DNA from: a virus
Taxonomy: Duplodnaviria; Caudoviricetes
IMG/VR virus record: IMGVR_UViG_3300044619_000511
Coordinates: 1 to 57,088 of that record
Reading direction: 5' to 3' (one strand)
Length of the DNA: 57,088 nucleotides
This document shows positions 6,108 through 16,240 of this stretch, piece by piece. A model generated the notes under the pieces. That model did not search any database. It was not told where the DNA came from and worked only from the letters and a program-made list of their open reading frames with translations. How positions within the stretch are numbered: position 1 is the stretch's first letter; each line of letters opens with the position of its first letter. Both the position numbers and the translations under genes were made by a program.

Positions 6108-6373
6108 GGAAGCACACTAAGGTATACTTAGACTTCTTTGGTTATGGGATGGATAGCTGGATGCCCTGTGAGGTATGCGGATCTACTGCTGTGGATGTGC
6201 ACCATATCGAGGCTCGGGGTATGGGTGGCTCTAAGACAAAGGATGAGATCGACAACCTAATGGGTCTTTGTCGGTCATGCCATATTGAGTATGGCGATAA
6301 AAGAAAGTACATGGATATGCTTCGTGAGGCGCACATGCGTTTCATGGATAAGTATAGTAATTCACATTTGTAG
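6104..6373 (+). CDS. HNH endonuclease
   Basis: CEVC...DVHH...NLMGLCRSCH. Confidence 0.9.
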   Translation: MRKHTKVYLDFFGYGMDSWMPCEVCGSTAVDVHHIEARGMGGSKTKDEIDNLMGLCRSCHIEYGDKRKYMDMLREAHMRFMDKYSNSHL

Positions 6374-6420
6374 ATAAGTAATATGATTAAGATATCCACA
6401 TCTTATAGTAATTTAGTCAT

Positions 6421-6990
6421 ATGCAGCCGATCTACAAGATATTCGTTAAGATTGATAAGCGGTTCCAAGACGAGATAGAGACCGAGTCTGGTCTAAAGTT
6501 ATACAAGGACACTTCATTTAAACAAGAGGAGAACTCAACAATTGTTGGGCATGTGGTTGCTGTACCGGATAAGTATGACCACTCTATGGGGTCTGAGGAT
6601 TTTAAGGCTAACGTCAAGGCTGGAGATAAATTATATTTTCATTTCTTGGTAGCCATGGATGAGGAGAATAGAATAGAGGTAGATGGGGAGGAGTACTGGA
6701 TGGTAGATTATTTTAACGCGATCGCGCTGGTGCGCGATGGTAAGATCATACCTGTCGGTGACTATATCTTACTAGATCCAATCAAAGAAAAGGTTGATAC
6801 CAGCCTTATCGTCCCAGACACGGTGGATAAGGAGGGTACCCGCGGATTGGTGGTAGCCAGTAACGATCCATCTATACCTGAAGGGTCTACTGTTGAATAT
6901 GAGGAGGTTGGTAAGTTTTGGAATATCATTGAGGGGCGTAGACTGTACTGCATGTTCAACCAAAACATTTTATTTATACACAATGACTAA
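6421..6990 (+). CDS. GroES-like co-chaperonin with two tandem domains
   Basis: TESGL...GHVVAV...VKAGD and PVGDYILL...LIVP...GLVVA GroES-like motifs. Confidence 0.7.
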   Translation: MQPIYKIFVKIDKRFQDEIETESGLKLYKDTSFKQEENSTIVGHVVAVPDKYDHSMGSEDFKANVKAGDKLYFHFLVAMDEENRIEVDGEEYWMVDYFNAIALVRDGKIIPVGDYILLDPIKEKVDTSLIVPDTVDKEGTRGLVVASNDPSIPEGSTVEYEEVGKFWNIIEGRRLYCMFNQNILFIHND

Positions 6991-7318
6991 GCAACAGATG
7001 AAACAGATACGAGAGATTGCCAACCGGTTGCCGGTGGTTTATGAGCAGTGTGCTTCTGGAGGTGAGGTTGTAGAAAATGATGGTAATAATGTATTTATGC
7101 CAAATGTTTATAATCATCCGGTCAATCATGTTCGTAGAATGAGAAAGGCTTACGAGCAGCTTGGGATGGATGGTATTAGAAGCTATTTAGAAAGTATTCA
7201 CCAACTTCAATTAAAGAGAAATGAAACTCTCAAAGAAGACATCGCAAGTGGTAAGTTCTCACCCCAAGGGGATAGTTTACCAACAGATAGTGAGTCTATT
7301 CCTGAAGATAGGAAGTAA
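6983..7318 (+). CDS. hypothetical protein (start MTKQQMK)
   Basis: ATG 6983 overlaps end of previous gene. Confidence 0.7.
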   Translation: MTKQQMKQIREIANRLPVVYEQCASGGEVVENDGNNVFMPNVYNHPVNHVRRMRKAYEQLGMDGIRSYLESIHQLQLKRNETLKEDIASGKFSPQGDSLPTDSESIPEDRK

Positions 7319-7402
7319 GACATTCTCTATCCATCTTAGCTACCCCGGTCTAGTAAAGACTTGGGAAGAGTGGCAGCATGAAATAGATTTAAACTTCTAC
7401 GA

Positions 7403-7900
7403 ATGCTAGACTGCCAGACAGAGCTGGGTGAGTTCTTTATGAAAGAACAGTATCGAGTGCAGGGTGTGCTCGAGACTAGAGGTTACACTGTTATCAATAC
7501 CAGTGGTCTTGAGAATAACAGTGATGTAATACTCGCCAAGCCTGTGGATGGTAGGTTGACAATTGTAGGGTTAGCGGAGATCAAGTGCAGGAAGAGTGCC
7601 GGTGGTGTACCGCTGACTAGAGAGTACTTGTCAGATAATGGCGGGTATCTTATAACCAACCAGAAATTAAAGTATGGCGGGTTTGCTAGTTCTTTATACA
7701 GAGTGCCATTCTTTGTTATTGTTTCGCTGATGGAAGAAAATGTAATACTGGTATGGCAGATAACGGACAGTAAGGGTAACTTCGTAGAGAAGTACGATAT
7801 TAAGAAAACGGTTACTAGGAAGACGGTGAATGGTGGTGAGATAGCTAGAGAGAATGCCTTCCTTCCTATTAACTCTAAATATTTAACAACCATTGAGTAA
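7403..7900 (+). CDS. putative PD-(D/E)xK nuclease
   Basis: SDVIL...AEIK motif. Confidence 0.6.
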   Translation: MLDCQTELGEFFMKEQYRVQGVLETRGYTVINTSGLENNSDVILAKPVDGRLTIVGLAEIKCRKSAGGVPLTREYLSDNGGYLITNQKLKYGGFASSLYRVPFFVIVSLMEENVILVWQITDSKGNFVEKYDIKKTVTRKTVNGGEIARENAFLPINSKYLTTIE

Positions 7901-8258
7901 AGGTGCCGCCGCTGAGGTTTTGTTTGATTACCATATTATTGAACGTGGTATGATGACGGCACGACCGATATATGATTCTGGTTATGATCGCATTGTTGAT
8001 CATAAAGGGAATCTAACACGGGTGCAGATCAAGATGACGACCTGCAAACAAAATGGTTCTTTCTGGGTATCTACCAGTGGTGTAAATAGAAGAAGGTATG
8101 TTAATGAGTTTGATGTGCTGGCTATTTATATAAAGCCAGAGTGCGCTTGGTTACTGATGCCGTTTTCTGAAATTACTGGTAGCGCAATGCGGGTAAGGGT
8201 GGATCGTAGATTTGAAAAGTATGTAAACAATTGGGGAATATTCTATGCGAAGAACTAA
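7893..8258 (+). CDS. PD-(D/E)xK endonuclease
   Basis: KGAAAE...YDRIVD...RVQIK...FDVLAIY. Confidence 0.8.
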   Translation: MSKGAAAEVLFDYHIIERGMMTARPIYDSGYDRIVDHKGNLTRVQIKMTTCKQNGSFWVSTSGVNRRRYVNEFDVLAIYIKPECAWLLMPFSEITGSAMRVRVDRRFEKYVNNWGIFYAKN

Positions 8259-8691
8259 AAATATAAAGATAAACATGTACCAGTGTGCGGTGCATTTTAT
8301 TCTTACCGATGATCTCGCTAAGGAGTATAACCGCGTATATCGTAAACACAAGGAGTTACCAATCTATCCTGCTGAGGATGGGGAGGCGTGGACACTTACG
8401 TTTGATATTTCTGATTATTATATTCTAGTATCAGAGAAACATAAGTTCGTTAATACGATAGCGCACGAGGTATATCATGTTGTATATAGCATACTTAATG
8501 ATAGGGATATTGATGATGAGGAAAATGGGGCTTGGCTGTGTGGTATGCTAATTGATGAAGCATTTAAATTTTATTTTAAAACCAAAGATAATGGCATTCA
8601 TAGACCGATTCGTAAAACTGAAGGTGATGTTGGAGGGACCGTCGGGGTCAGCTCTGATAACGTACGTATACATAAATCCAATGACGATTGA
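8245..8691 (+). CDS. zincin-like metallopeptidase domain protein
   Basis: AHEVYH (HExxH) with downstream DEENGAW. Confidence 0.65.
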   Translation: MRRTKNIKINMYQCAVHFILTDDLAKEYNRVYRKHKELPIYPAEDGEAWTLTFDISDYYILVSEKHKFVNTIAHEVYHVVYSILNDRDIDDEENGAWLCGMLIDEAFKFYFKTKDNGIHRPIRKTEGDVGGTVGVSSDNVRIHKSNDD

Positions 8692-8839
8692 CGCATTCAC
8701 TGAAGAGGTTGTTACTTACGATCTTGACTATGAGAAGGGCGTTGAGCAGGATGCGGTTCGTGTTTGGACAAAGCATGATATCCATCTTGTGCTCATGCAT
8801 GTAGATGATTTTATGGAGATGTTAAACAATAAATATTGA
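8591..8839 (+). CDS. hypothetical protein (start MAFIDRF)
   Basis: ORF coupled to next gene. Confidence 0.65.
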   Translation: MAFIDRFVKLKVMLEGPSGSALITYVYINPMTIDAFTEEVVTYDLDYEKGVEQDAVRVWTKHDIHLVLMHVDDFMEMLNNKY

Positions 8840-9807
8840 AGATATTATCTTGGATAAAATCTTTGGATGGGTGTTCTTACCATCGTGTGTTTATGCCTAA
8901 TAGTTATGTTAAGGCTGAGGTTAAGACTGTTTCTAACTTAACCGAAGAGGATCTAAAATGGTGTGATATACTACACTACTCTAGGCATGTGATGATCTCT
9001 CCTGTGTTTATAGCTCAGCAGGCTAAGAAGCATAATGTTAAAGTGGTAGTTGATACGGATGACTGGTGGGAGGTTGGTAAGGATCATCCTAAGTACAATA
9101 TGTGGAAGAAGAGTGATATTGGTTTACAGATACGCCAGCATTTGATTTATGCTGATGCTGTAATAGCTACTACAGATAAGCTGGCTTCTATAGTTCCCAA
9201 TAAGAATGTACATGTAATACCTAATGCACTACCATATGGTGTTGGACAGTTTAGAGAACACGAGCTGCCCAAGAGTGATAAGGTACGGTTGATATATGCT
9301 AGTTCTGCGATGAACTATGCAAATACATTTTTAATAGCTGGCGCCATGAAACAACTAGTTGATCTGCCGATAGAGTGGGTTATAGTTGGTTATGTAGAGG
9401 GTGATGTGTATGATGTTATCTTGCATAACCTTACTGCCGATGGTAAGATACCACACACTACTGTTGAGTGGTCTGGTGTAGAGGACTACATGTCTGGTTA
9501 TAAAGGGGATATACTAGTCGTGCCGAGCAAGTCTAATGAGTTTAATTCTTATAAGAGTAATATAAAGGTTCTTGAGGCTGCTGCTTTAAATATCCCTATC
9601 ATTGTATCGAAGGCAGAACCATATTTAAATATGCCAGTAAACTATTTCTCTGGTGATAAGGAATTTGTTTCTGAGTTAACTAGATTAGTAAAATCAGTGG
9701 AGTATAGAAAACAATCCGCCGCTAGGACTAGAGAGTTTTGCTTAGATAATTATGACCTACACAAGTGGGGTGAAAAAAGATTAAAGATTTATGAGCAAAT
9801 CATTTAA
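8836..9807 (+). CDS. glycosyltransferase, GT-B fold
   Basis: VVVDTDD, VIPNAL, FNSYKSNIKVLEAAALNIPIIVS. Confidence 0.85.
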   Translation: MKILSWIKSLDGCSYHRVFMPNSYVKAEVKTVSNLTEEDLKWCDILHYSRHVMISPVFIAQQAKKHNVKVVVDTDDWWEVGKDHPKYNMWKKSDIGLQIRQHLIYADAVIATTDKLASIVPNKNVHVIPNALPYGVGQFREHELPKSDKVRLIYASSAMNYANTFLIAGAMKQLVDLPIEWVIVGYVEGDVYDVILHNLTADGKIPHTTVEWSGVEDYMSGYKGDILVVPSKSNEFNSYKSNIKVLEAAALNIPIIVSKAEPYLNMPVNYFSGDKEFVSELTRLVKSVEYRKQSAARTREFCLDNYDLHKWGEKRLKIYEQII

Positions 9808-10465
9808 TGTAATAATAGCTACAGCTGGTAGACGAACCCTGCAAAGGATGGTCGATAGTATTGCGCCACAACTACAGGAGCAGGATTATCTTACTATCAT
9901 ATGGGATTGTCAACCTATAGCTTTACAAATTGATAGCGCTTGTCAAGTTATATCTTTACATAACCCCGAACCGTTAGGCTTCTGGGGACACGGATCTAGG
10001 AATAGATGGCAGGATGAACTACCCGGAGATTACTTTATGAACGCCGATGATGATGATATATATGCATCAAATGCAATGGAAACGATAAGGAAACATTGTA
10101 CAGAGCGCAAACTTTATATATTCCAGTTCAATAATTCAGGTGCTAGGATACCAGATGGAGAGGAGGTAAGAGTGGGTAATGTAGGTACATCTTGCGGAGT
10201 ATATCCTAAAGTTGATAAATTCCCAAATTGGGGGTACGTATATGGTGGTGATGGCGAGTTTTATGTTGCTCTATCCAAGCTTCTGCCTTATCAACATATA
10301 CGTGAAGTTATATATATTGTAAGGCCTGTGCCATTTGACGAAAGTAAAAACATACCAGAGAAGGAGTATAAGCATTGCACTTGTGGGGTTATGGCTAATA
10401 TGTACTACGATGAAATATTTAAAACTTGGCGTGGTTTTTGCCATAGATGTGATAAGCAATTATGA
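9791..10465 (+). CDS. glycosyltransferase, GT2/GT-A fold
   Basis: VIIAT.GR..L, RN, DDDD, GGDGEF; C-terminal CxC...CxxC. Confidence 0.8.
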   Translation: MSKSFNVIIATAGRRTLQRMVDSIAPQLQEQDYLTIIWDCQPIALQIDSACQVISLHNPEPLGFWGHGSRNRWQDELPGDYFMNADDDDIYASNAMETIRKHCTERKLYIFQFNNSGARIPDGEEVRVGNVGTSCGVYPKVDKFPNWGYVYGGDGEFYVALSKLLPYQHIREVIYIVRPVPFDESKNIPEKEYKHCTCGVMANMYYDEIFKTWRGFCHRCDKQL

Positions 10466-11082
10466 TACATTATTTTTTAGAAGGCGAACTAGGGTATGAT
10501 TACAGGGATAGCTGGGCTAAGCATGCTGGCCATATTGAATGGATGAAGTGGGATTCTAGTAATCTTCCAATTGAAGAATACCCAATAGTTAAAAAATATA
10601 TTGATAATAAGAAATGGAGTGTGGTATCAGATTTTGCTAGACGTTGGGCAATATTTAAATATGGAGGCATATACTTAGATTTTGATATAGAGTTAGTAAA
10701 ACCTATAGATTCTTTATTAAATAAATATTCGTTTGTTGGAATAGAGGGTACGCCAATATTAGCTAATGCTGCTGTTACTGGAGGTATGCCTAATAACAAG
10801 CACCATAATAATATGTTAAATGATTACATTGATTTATTGAATAATGAATCAGGTTTTATCAACGAAGTAAAGTGTGGGCCGTTATTGATAACAGAATATG
10901 TTAAATATATGAAGGGAGGAGATCTTGATAATAGTAACCTATATGAAGTAAAAGTGTATGAAGATTTTACCACGCTGCCAAAAGAATACTTTTATCCATA
11001 CAATTGGAACGAGGAGTATAGACCATCATTATTAACAAAAAACACCATAGGCATACATTGGTGGAAACACAGTTGGAAATGA
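10462..11082 (+). CDS. glycosyltransferase, DxD sugar-binding (GT32/Och1-like)
   Basis: SDFAR...YGGIYLDFD...GP...YFYP...HWW..SW. Confidence 0.9.
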   Translation: MIHYFLEGELGYDYRDSWAKHAGHIEWMKWDSSNLPIEEYPIVKKYIDNKKWSVVSDFARRWAIFKYGGIYLDFDIELVKPIDSLLNKYSFVGIEGTPILANAAVTGGMPNNKHHNNMLNDYIDLLNNESGFINEVKCGPLLITEYVKYMKGGDLDNSNLYEVKVYEDFTTLPKEYFYPYNWNEEYRPSLLTKNTIGIHWWKHSWK

Positions 11083-11684
11083 TACCAGAAATTGAATATA
11101 AAAAGATGGAGTTTAACCCAACGGTTAAAAAACCGTTGTTTTCGTCGTACCCTAAATTAGTCCAAATTTTAGGCAAAGCGGACGACAAGCTAACTCGTTA
11201 TGTGTTACTCATGTATGACATGAATTCACCCCTTCGCGAGTACTATCCAGAGATATCGAAGCGTAAGCAATTCGCTGCTTCTATTGCTGGATTTGATTTA
11301 GATACTGAAGATGTTACTGGTCTGTTTGATTTTAAAGTAAAGGTTGATGATGACGAGGTTCCTTATGAAGAACTTCTAAACCTAATTGTCAAGTATTTAA
11401 AATACCAGAATAATTATGTCTGGTCAATGATCGTAAGTAACGAGCAGGCGTTCTATGAATTTAATAAGAGGGTGATGCTGCCGGTGGATGGTAATAGAGA
11501 CAAGGACATCTTACAAGCAATTACTATCAAGACACAGATTATGACAGCACAAGATGAGATTGTTCAGAGACTGCATCGATATCTTCGTCAGCTTACTGGT
11601 GAGGATGATCAATTAGAAGAAGCAATGACAAAACGTAAACGAATAAGACCGGAGGATATAGCCAATGTTCAGTCCAATAAATAA
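11079..11684 (+). CDS. hypothetical protein, possible terminase small subunit
   Basis: Helical protein directly upstream of and overlapping TerL; position only. Confidence 0.45.
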   Translation: MIPEIEYKKMEFNPTVKKPLFSSYPKLVQILGKADDKLTRYVLLMYDMNSPLREYYPEISKRKQFAASIAGFDLDTEDVTGLFDFKVKVDDDEVPYEELLNLIVKYLKYQNNYVWSMIVSNEQAFYEFNKRVMLPVDGNRDKDILQAITIKTQIMTAQDEIVQRLHRYLRQLTGEDDQLEEAMTKRKRIRPEDIANVQSNK

Positions 11685-13668
11685 TGGTTCTAAAGAAAAT
11701 ATACAGGGGTTGTTATGTTATACACCCCCACCCGGTTTTGTATTCAATATACTAAACGGGGAGATAGAGGAGCGATCTGTATACGCTAGGTCCCCAAAGA
11801 AGTCTGAACAGTATTTTGACTATACTCCTCTGCCAAAGGATTATGCAAAGATTAGGGCTAAGGAGCAGCAAAGGCAGAACGAGGACCCTGAGTATTTCGA
11901 TCCTAAGCTGGAACAATTTCGTCAACAGGAGTGGGACCGTAGGCTTAATGGTTACTGGTTTTACAATAATGGCGTTCCAACCTACATTACAGGTCTGCAC
12001 TACTTCTATTTAAATTACTGGAATCTAGATACCGGTCTACCAAAGTATAGGGACACTGACAGGAAGTATTTCTATTTTATGCAGTACTGCATTGAGGACC
12101 CAGAGTGTATGGGAATGGTAGAGATTACTAAGCGTAGACAGGGTAAGACATTCCGTGGTGGTGTGTTCTTATATGAATACCCGTCTAGAACTAATAATGC
12201 TAAGTCTGGTATCCAATCCAAGACTGGTGCAGATGCTAAGGAGGTATTCCGTAAGGCTGTGATCCAGCCGTTCAAGAAGCTACCTGATTTTTTTGTACCC
12301 ATCTTTGATGCGTCTAAAGGTTTAACTCCAACCTCTGAACTTCGTTTCTATCAAACTACTGTTAAGGGTAGGAAGGCTAATATGATTAAGGATGAGCATG
12401 AATTGGAATCAGCTATAGACTGGAAGACTTCAGAGGCTATATCTTACGACGGACAGAAGTTGCACAGGTATCTAGGAGATGAGGTTGGTAAGACGATGGA
12501 GGTGGATGTCTGGAACAGATGGCTGGTTACAAAGTACTGTCATCTAGATGATGAGGGTAGGATTATTGGTAAGGCTTTATTAACCACTACAGTTGAGGAT
12601 ATGGAGCAGGGTGGTGCTTCTTTTAAGAAGATATGGGAGAACTCTGATCAGAATAATAAAAAGGGTAAGAGAACTGCCTCTGGTCTTTACCGTTACTTCT
12701 GTAGTGCTGCAGAGACTAGATACTATAATGATTATGGTATAGCGGATCGTGCTAAGGCTGAACAGGAGATAAGGGATGAGAGAAAGCTATTAGCTCACGA
12801 CCCCCGAGCTCTCAGTTCTGTAATTAGAAAGGAGCCTATTGAGTGGGAGGAAGCGTTTAGGATCGATGGTAGCAAGTGCTTGTATAACCCTGAGTTTCTG
12901 AACGAAAGAATGGATAGGCTAAGTTGGAAGGATAATTTGACAACAAGAGGTAACTTTGTGTGGCTTAATGGCGACCGAGACACTAGGGTTGTTTTTGAAC
13001 CATCAAAGACTGGCCGGTGGGAGGTTGCAAAGCTATTTGAAAAAGAAGAGGATAGTAACAATGTTAAAAAAACAGGTGGTCTATTCCACCCGGCTAACGG
13101 CTTAAACTTTGTGATAGGTGTGGACCCAGTGGACCACAACGTAACAGAGGATGGCAGAAGGTCAAACGGTGCAGGGATGGTACTTCAGAAGTACAGCGCC
13201 GCTCGGGAGAATGATATCTATAACTACGCATTCGTTGCTAAGTACGCATACCGTCCTGAATCAGTCCAAATATTCTATGAGGATATGATTAAGATGGCAG
13301 TATACTATGGTGCCCCAGTATTGTTTGAGAACCAGAAGATTGGTCTTATGCACTACTTCGATGATCGGGGGTATGCTCCATTCCTTACATGGCTACCTGA
13401 AAGGAACCAGCCGGGTATTGCAGCCAGTGCTAAAACGCACCAGCAAATAGCTGAGCTGACTGAGGACTATATCAATAAGATGCACGATCGGGTTTATTTT
13501 AAGGATCTGATCCAAGACTGGCTAGAGTTTGATATATCCAAAACAACCAAGTTTGACTTGGCTATGGCAGCTGGGTACGCCCTGATCGCCGACCAAGTTA
13601 AAGTAAACGTGAAAGGAACTGGTCAGATACGAGACGTGTCTGATTATTTTAGGAAGAATAAAATATAA
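11665..13668 (+). CDS. terL: terminase large subunit
   Basis: Walker A KRRQGKT, Walker B LGDEVGK, nuclease GVDP...ENQK...D. Confidence 0.92.
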   Translation: MFSPINNGSKENIQGLLCYTPPPGFVFNILNGEIEERSVYARSPKKSEQYFDYTPLPKDYAKIRAKEQQRQNEDPEYFDPKLEQFRQQEWDRRLNGYWFYNNGVPTYITGLHYFYLNYWNLDTGLPKYRDTDRKYFYFMQYCIEDPECMGMVEITKRRQGKTFRGGVFLYEYPSRTNNAKSGIQSKTGADAKEVFRKAVIQPFKKLPDFFVPIFDASKGLTPTSELRFYQTTVKGRKANMIKDEHELESAIDWKTSEAISYDGQKLHRYLGDEVGKTMEVDVWNRWLVTKYCHLDDEGRIIGKALLTTTVEDMEQGGASFKKIWENSDQNNKKGKRTASGLYRYFCSAAETRYYNDYGIADRAKAEQEIRDERKLLAHDPRALSSVIRKEPIEWEEAFRIDGSKCLYNPEFLNERMDRLSWKDNLTTRGNFVWLNGDRDTRVVFEPSKTGRWEVAKLFEKEEDSNNVKKTGGLFHPANGLNFVIGVDPVDHNVTEDGRRSNGAGMVLQKYSAARENDIYNYAFVAKYAYRPESVQIFYEDMIKMAVYYGAPVLFENQKIGLMHYFDDRGYAPFLTWLPERNQPGIAASAKTHQQIAELTEDYINKMHDRVYFKDLIQDWLEFDISKTTKFDLAMAAGYALIADQVKVNVKGTGQIRDVSDYFRKNKI

Positions 13669-13670
13669 AA

Positions 13671-16172
13671 ATGGACAAACTCCAGAAGACTGATTTCCCA
13701 AGTCACCTAATCGATCCAAGAGAAAAGGGTCGCGACTGGGTTCTTCAGTATTGTAAAGCAGCGTGGAGCTCTTTTGATAATGATCTACCACGCGAGATCT
13801 TTTACCATGCCCGCTACCGCTATGAGGTAATCATGCAGTATGCTGTTGGTAATCAATCAATTAACAAGTATAGACCGTTGATGCAGGTTGATGAGGAATC
13901 TAATGAAGATTGGTTAAATATTGACTGGTCTGTACTTCCTATCGTTCCAAAGTTTAGAAGAATAGCTTTAGGTAAATTAAACAAAGTTGGATATAATATT
14001 GTCGCTACTCCGATCGACTCCTTGGCTAATGATGAAATTCAGGATTACTTTGCTAATCTTAAAGCCAAGATTCAGTTACGTGAGGAGGCAGCTAAGCTTG
14101 ACCCGTCATTGTTAGAGTCACCAGCACTGCAGTTAATGCCTAATGAGGCAAAGGATATGAAGGAGTTAGAGATGCAGATGAACTACACGTTCAAGCATCA
14201 GATGGCTATTGAGGCAGAGCAGGGAATTAAACTTGTACTTGAGCAGAACCAGATCGAGAAGCTTCGTGAAGGTGTACGTCAGGATTTATTTGACTATGGT
14301 GTTGCTGGGTATAAAGAGTATATTGATAGCAATGGCGCTGTTAAGGTTAGAAAGGTAAACCCTAGAAATATTCTTATTAATAATTGTAAGAATAAAGATT
14401 TCTCTGACGCTTCTTACATCGGTGAGATTACGGAGATGACTATTTCTGATTTAAAGCAGATGGCTGGTAATCAGTTTACAGAAGAGGAGTACGAGCAGAT
14501 CGCTAAAAAACATATCGGCTATTTAGGTAATCCGTCTGAGTGGCCTTCTTCATTATCTGTATATAATAAAGGTTATGATAGATTTAGGATTCGTGTTCTT
14601 GACTTAGAGTTCTTTTCTGTTAATGAGATGGTCTTTGAAAGCCGTGTTGACAGAAGGGGTAATAAAGTTTACGCTCGCGGTAAGTATGATGACAAGAATA
14701 AGAGAAAAGATAAATTTGAACGTGTAGCATATAAGGTTGTATATAAGGGTAAGTGGATTATCGGTACAGACTATTTGTTTGATTATGGTCTTTGTACTAA
14801 TATGAAGCGTGCTAAGTCGTCTCTCATGGACACACAGTTGAGTTATCATTTGATTGCTCCTGAGTTCTGGGATATGAAGGCATACGGTATTATGCAACAC
14901 TTAATGCCAATGGCTGATGCTATTCAGATTGCTTTTTATCGTTTACAAAATGCAATCAATCAGGCTAGACCTAAGGGTATTATGATTGAGATGGGTGCCC
15001 TAGAAGACATCCCTCTTGGTGCTGGAGGCAAGAGGTTGACTCCGATGAAGGTGCTAGACCTTTATAATAAGACTGGTACTCTAGTATATCGCAAGGCAGA
15101 TCAGCAAGGTCGTATGACTAACTATAAGCCAATTGAAGAATTGGAAAATGGTTTAGGTCGTGATGTTATGAATTACTGGCAGATCATTCAAAATAATATC
15201 CAGCTCATCAGGGATGTAACTGGTATGAATGAGATGACTGATGGTTCTACCCCCGATCCTCGTACGCTTACTACTGTCGCTAAGCTTGCATATGAAGGAA
15301 CTAATAATGCATTGACTAGTATTGTGCATGGCGAAAAACAATTACTAGAATCATTAGCTAATTCTGTTATTCTTAGATTACAGGATGTTGCTTCTAGTGG
15401 TGAAGTTAAAGGTTACGTCCGTGCACTAGGATCTAATACTATGAAGTTCTTTAAGACTTCTCCGCACTTAGCATTATATGAATTTGGTATATTCTTAGAG
15501 GATAAGCCAACTGATGATGAGCGTGCTATGCTACAACAGCAGGTAATGGCTGGTCAGGCAAATGGTTTGTTAGATATTGAAGATGCTATTATTATTCAGA
15601 ACACTGACAACCTAAAGGTGGCTCAGCAGTTGCTTGCGTATAAGATTAAAAAGCGTCGTCAAGAAGAAGAGGATAAGGCAATGCGCATGCAACAAATGAA
15701 TGCTCAAGTACAGCAACAGTCTTCAATGGTTGCTGAGCAGGCTAAACAACAGACCATCCAGACAGAGGGTCAAGTTAAGAGCCAACTCATCCAGTTAGAG
15801 AAGGAATACGATGCTAAGATTTTGGAGATGAAGTATAAGTATGAGATAGAGCTAGAAAAGATGCGCATGAAGGGTAAGGTTGAAACCAAGAAGGTTGAGA
15901 ATAAAGGGAAGAAGAGCGTAACGAAAATAAAGATGGGCCAACCTGATACTGACGCTGAGGAGCCTGTAGAAGCAATGGCTGTTGAGGAAGAGATGCTGAT
16001 GGTACCTGAACAAGAAATGCAACAACAACAGATGCCACAGCAAATGATGCAACAGGAAATACCAGAGGTTGAAGAGGAGGAAGAAGTTGAAGAAGGCGGA
16101 GAGGAAGTAGAAGAAGGTGGTGAAGAGAATGAGATGGAAGGTGGAGAAGAAATGGAAGGGGAAGAAAAATAA
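13671..16172 (+). CDS. portal protein
   Basis: 833 aa after TerL; crAss/Flavobacterium-phage-like (PIVPKF...RDVTGMNE); acidic low-complexity tail. Confidence 0.85.
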   Translation: MDKLQKTDFPSHLIDPREKGRDWVLQYCKAAWSSFDNDLPREIFYHARYRYEVIMQYAVGNQSINKYRPLMQVDEESNEDWLNIDWSVLPIVPKFRRIALGKLNKVGYNIVATPIDSLANDEIQDYFANLKAKIQLREEAAKLDPSLLESPALQLMPNEAKDMKELEMQMNYTFKHQMAIEAEQGIKLVLEQNQIEKLREGVRQDLFDYGVAGYKEYIDSNGAVKVRKVNPRNILINNCKNKDFSDASYIGEITEMTISDLKQMAGNQFTEEEYEQIAKKHIGYLGNPSEWPSSLSVYNKGYDRFRIRVLDLEFFSVNEMVFESRVDRRGNKVYARGKYDDKNKRKDKFERVAYKVVYKGKWIIGTDYLFDYGLCTNMKRAKSSLMDTQLSYHLIAPEFWDMKAYGIMQHLMPMADAIQIAFYRLQNAINQARPKGIMIEMGALEDIPLGAGGKRLTPMKVLDLYNKTGTLVYRKADQQGRMTNYKPIEELENGLGRDVMNYWQIIQNNIQLIRDVTGMNEMTDGSTPDPRTLTTVAKLAYEGTNNALTSIVHGEKQLLESLANSVILRLQDVASSGEVKGYVRALGSNTMKFFKTSPHLALYEFGIFLEDKPTDDERAMLQQQVMAGQANGLLDIEDAIIIQNTDNLKVAQQLLAYKIKKRRQEEEDKAMRMQQMNAQVQQQSSMVAEQAKQQTIQTEGQVKSQLIQLEKEYDAKILEMKYKYEIELEKMRMKGKVETKKVENKGKKSVTKIKMGQPDTDAEEPVEAMAVEEEMLMVPEQEMQQQQMPQQMMQQEIPEVEEEEEVEEGGEEVEEGGEENEMEGGEEMEGEEK

Positions 16173-16240
16173 TTCACCCCCTCTAATCCATTGTTATTCA
16201 AAACCTTTGGTAAAACTTTGCATAACCAAATAATATAAAT

